From Mobula hypostoma (Eukaryota), in contig NC_086097.1 in assembly GCF_963921235.1 (NCBI RefSeq), positions 8,742,001 to 8,806,000 on the forward strand: a stretch of DNA of 64,000 bases. Reading direction: 5' to 3'. Shown here one piece after another: positions 60,035-64,000 of this stretch. Each line of letters starts with the position of its first letter. Positions within the stretch are counted from its first letter, which is position 1. The notes under the pieces were generated by a model, which was given only the letters and a program-made list of their open reading frames with translations, did no database searches and was not told the DNA's origin. A program made the position numbers and the translations under genes.

Positions 60035-61047
60035 AAGCCAGAGAGTGGTAGTGGATGGTTGCCCTCTGCCTGGAGACCTGTGACTAGTAGTGTGTCGCAG
60101 GGACTGGCGCTGGGTCCAATTTTCTTTCTCGTCTATATCAATGATCAGTTAACTGGATCAGCAAATTTGCGGATGGCGCTAGGCTTTAGAGTGCAGTGGG
60201 CAGTAAGGAAGGCCGTCATGAGTTGCAGAGGAAACTCCATCAGCTGATAAAATGGGCTGAAAATAGTGGCTGAAAAATGCCAACAAGTGCAAGGTGTTGC
60301 AGTTCTGTAGGGCTAACTAGAGTAGGTCTTATGCAGTGAACAGTAAAGCACTGACGAGTGTGGTAGAACAAAGGGATCTGGGAATATAGGTCCAGAATTT
60401 GTTGAAAGTCGCATCACAGGTAGATAGGGCCGTAATGAAAGCTTTTGGTACATTGGCCTTCATACATCAATGTATTGAATACAGTAGATGGGATATTATG
60501 GTGAAGTTGTACAAGATGTTGGTGAGGCCTAATTTGAAGAATTGTGTGACGTTTTGGGCACCTAGCTACAGGAATGATGTAAGTAAGTTGAAAGACTACA
60601 GAGAAAATTTACAAGGATGTTGCTGGTTCTGAAGGAACTGAGTTATAAGGAAAGATTGAATAGGTTAGGACTTCATTCCATAGAACGCAAAAAATTGAGA
60701 GGAGATTTGATAGAGGTATATATCAGCTAAATTCAAGCAGGCTTTTTCCATTGAGGTTAGCTGGGACTTCAACCAGAGGTCATGTGTTAAGGGTGAAAGG
60801 TAAACATTTGAATGACTACTTGAGGGAGAACTTCTTCACTCAGAGGGTTCTGAGAGTGTGGAATGAGCTGCCAGCATGCAAGATTGATGTCAATATTTAA
60901 GCTACGTTTGCATAGGTACATGGATGGTAGAGGTATGGAAGGTATGATCCCGGTGCAGGTAAATGGGAATAAGCAGTTTAAATGGTTTCGGCATGCACAG
61001 TATGGGCTGACGGGCCTGTTTCTGTGTTGTACTTCTCTATGACTCTA
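60035..61047 (+). mobile_element. Degraded CR1 RT-to-3'UTR fragment
   Basis: WRPVTSSVSQG.ALGP..F.VYIND, KFAD, LKVASQVDR, LYK.LVRP; tail TTCTCTATGACTCTA. Confidence 0.88.
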
Positions 61048-61600
61048 AAAGCAAGGATAGAATGTTGAGCTTTATAAAGTACTGGTGAGGCCTCACTTGG
61101 AGTATTGTGAGCAGTTTTGGGCCCCTTATATTAGAAAGGGTGTGCTGACATTGGAGAGGGTTCAAAGGAGGTTCACAAAAATGATTCCAGGATAGAACGA
61201 CTTGTCATATGAAGTGCTTTTGATGGTTCTGGGTCAATATTTACTGGAGTTCAGAAGAATGTGTTGACCTAATTGAAACCTATCGAATGGTGAAAGGCCT
61301 TGATCGAGTGGATGTGGAGAGGATATTTCGTCTGGTGGAAGAGTCTAAGGCCAGAGGACACAGCCTTGGAATAGAGGGGTGTCCTTGTACAATGGAGCTG
61401 AAGTAGAATTTCTTTAGCCTGAGAGAGTTAAACCTATGGAATTCATTGCCACCGGCGGCTTTGGAGGCCAAGTCTTTAAGTGTATTTAATGCAGGAGTTG
61501 ATTGTTCAGGGTATGAAGGGATACGGGGAGAAGGCAGGAGATAATGGCTGAGAGGGAAAATGGATCAGCTATGAAGAAATGGCAGAGCAGACTCCAAGTG
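61048..61600 (+). mobile_element. Adjacent CR1 3' fragment of another subfamily
   Basis: [33 protein letters not shown]; colinear with 58360-58890. Confidence 0.85.
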
Positions 61601-61654
61601 AAATGTGTTTAAGTGGAGTAAGGTCAAATGGGATTAAGCTAAATTTGTTTCCTC

Positions 61655-61941
61655 CAACCTTGTTGTAGGGTTTGGAGGCTTGTGTGCCTCAATGACCCCG
61701 GAGAGCTATGTGGCCTGGAGTCAGGGCTTTATTCTTCGGTTCTAGGTAGTGTCACCCATGCCAAACAGGTCAAAGGGTAGAGGCCAGACAAAGAGGGGTC
61801 CATCGGTCTTCCAGTTTCAGTGTTCAGCTCAGGGCTAACAACCCTGACTGGTCAAAAAACATTTGCTATAGAAACAGCAATGAAGAAAACCTTCGTTGCT
61901 ACCCTAAATGCCAACGGCATAATGGGTAGTAAGTAAGTAAG
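61655..61941 (+). mobile_element. RTE-derived bipartite non-autonomous element
   Basis: RTE 5'UTR-like GTCACCCATGCC...GGCCAGAC..AGAG, GGGCTAACAACCC, joined to a short 3' end with (TAAG)n. Confidence 0.65.
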
Positions 61942-62751
61942 CAACTTTTGTTTGAGACATGGCTTCAGATAATTTTAAAGGACTGACCTTCAAAGTAATA
62001 TAGCAGATTCTGCTCTGTGAGGGTGCTGACTGAGTCTGTACGTTCATGGCTGCAAAATGGTTGATTTCTCCATGCTAGGATGACCAGATAAGTGCTGATG
62101 AATCCAATCAGATGGACAACAACGGGAGATTCTCCAAATGGACTAAAATCTATTTCCATTGGACAATATTACCAGCTCCCTTTAACATGCAGAGCTCTCG
62201 GGTTGCTTCTGGCCGATTGTTTCAATAAATAAACTGATTCTAGTATCATAACAGTCTTTAGACCATCAAGAGGCTTAGCCGATTGTTTTCTGAAATTTAA
62301 AAAAAACTGTTGGTTCTATAACCTGGTTGATCTTAAATTCTAGTGTAATTTCAACATCTTCATAATCACTATCTCGTTATGATGTTTGGTTTTCAAAGAA
62401 AGCAATTAACTGAGCTAATAAACATTGCCTAATTATAATTGTAGGATTTGACAGCATTAACGTGACTGACCGGTTGAGATTTGAACTTGAAAGCAGAATT
62501 AAAATGGCAGGTAGTTTAATGAATATTCAGTATGCTCATCAAATTGTTGATAGTTTGAAAAGTCTTTTTTTCGAGCTTTTCCCCCACAATTGAAAAATCC
62601 TCCTTTATTCTTCACAGATCTTGAATTTGCTTTGCATCTTTTTCAACTTCATATAACTTTATTGGCCGAGTTCAATTTAATATTATGTTTTTATTTAAGC
62701 ATTAACAGCAAATCATATGATAACAGTATTAACAACTCAGGAATATTTTCT

Positions 62752-63160
62752 TTTTCAAGTTTATTGTCATCTGACTGTATGTACCTGTATCTATATACAC
62801 ACAACCAAACGAAACAACATTCCTCCGGGCCACAGTGCACCCACTCAACATATATCAAACACACCAGATAAAACAAAATATTACCACAAATAAGTTACTA
62901 AAATACAATTCAAAGTCCATGTACTGTGCAGCACATGTAAACAGTAAACTGCTTGGTGTACTAGTGGTGAGACCTCGATTGTGGCAATGTATTCAATAGC
63001 CTCACCACCTGAGGAAAGAAGCTGTTACCCAGTCTGGCAGCCCAAGTCCTGATGTTCCTGTATCTCTTTACTAAGAGTAGTGGGTCAAGGAGATTGTGGG
63101 ATGGTGGTAGATATCTTCAATAATACTTTGGCCCCTTTGTATACAATGGTCCTGGTAAAT
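62752..63160 (-). mobile_element. Rex/Babar LINE 3' end
   Basis: Colinear with 50285-50490 and 46905-47280. Confidence 0.7.
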
Positions 63161-63334
63161 GTCACATTTTGTTCATTTTGTGTGATTAAAGCAGAGAAAG
63201 AATCAGAAAGACAACATTTCTGCTCCTTCTATCCATGGATTACTCACTTTGAAATAATAATAGATCCAATAAATGGTTATTATCACGAAGAAGGAAAATC
63301 CTGAATCATGATTAGTGGAAATGGGATGTCTAGA

Positions 63335-63830
63335 GAAGGGTAACACCTCTGGTGAAGGGGCTTGTCATGTCCATTCACCTTTGGTCCCCACAGGACACAT
63401 ACTTCTCACCTGTGGCTCCAAGCAGCTGTTTGTATGCAACAGCGACCACACCCCAGTACGCCGCTTTGACAAATGGGCTAAACCAGGGGAGGGTAGCCAA
63501 CAGGCCCTCATATCCAGTGAGATAGGGACATGACTGTCCTAGCGGGTGAAGTCAGCTCTGGCAGACTGGGCGGCTGAGTTCTACAGTTAGATCCGACGGC
63601 TGGGAAGGCGGTACTGCAGCAATCCATAGAGAGAAAAGGGCATGGAGGGGCACTGAGAAGTCATGGTCATCCACTGCAACCAAGGAAGACCTGAGTTTGT
63701 GATACTTGTTTGTACTACTGGACCCAGACTTCTGAGGCTGAGAGAGAGGAACTACCCCAGTGTTACAGCTCTTCCACCTTAAAAATTTCCAGTATAGTTA
63801 CCTGTCATCGTTGGACATGACAGACAATCA
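63335..63830 (+). mobile_element. Non-coding interspersed repeat (third copy)
   Basis: Colinear with 52415-52895. Confidence 0.7.
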
Positions 63831-64000
63831 TCACACTCAAAAAGGCATGGCATGGAATACCAACCTGTGCAACAAACTATTAATTTAAGTATATTGCTCT
63901 GGGGGAGTTCTGCTTTCACATATTCTGCCTTTAGATTTTTGTTAACTCGGAATTCCACATTCATTATAGTTTTGGTGAAAGATGATTGATCTCAGTTTTC

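Overview
Repeat-dense, apparently non-coding (intergenic or deep intronic) eukaryotic DNA. It is most likely from a cartilaginous fish (ray/shark), inferred from HE1-type V-SINEs sharing 3' tails with CR1/HER1-type LINEs. I found no host protein-coding gene, rRNA, true tRNA or CRISPR array. Every recognisable ORF derives from a transposable element: CR1 LINEs (largest a ~2.8 kb ORF2 remnant), Rex1/Babar LINE 3' ends, Penelope-like element (PLE) RT and GIY-YIG pieces, and Tigger/pogo and Tc1 transposase remnants. There are also hAT MITEs, solo LTRs, tRNA-derived SINEs, RTE-derived non-autonomous elements and a ~610 bp compound (GT)n tract, often nested two to four levels deep. The most notable system is a PLE family whose ~120-500 bp terminal repeat carries a minimal type I hammerhead ribozyme. 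One copy is intact (23795-23830), a near-identical young copy has a 19 bp TSD, several are decayed, and some form inverted pairs. Hammerheads in PLEs are established biology, so any novelty is at family/species level. Several AT-rich, repeat-free blocks with homeodomain motifs may be conserved enhancers. Family names come from recognising sequence motifs, not database searches, and boundaries of old repeats are approximate.
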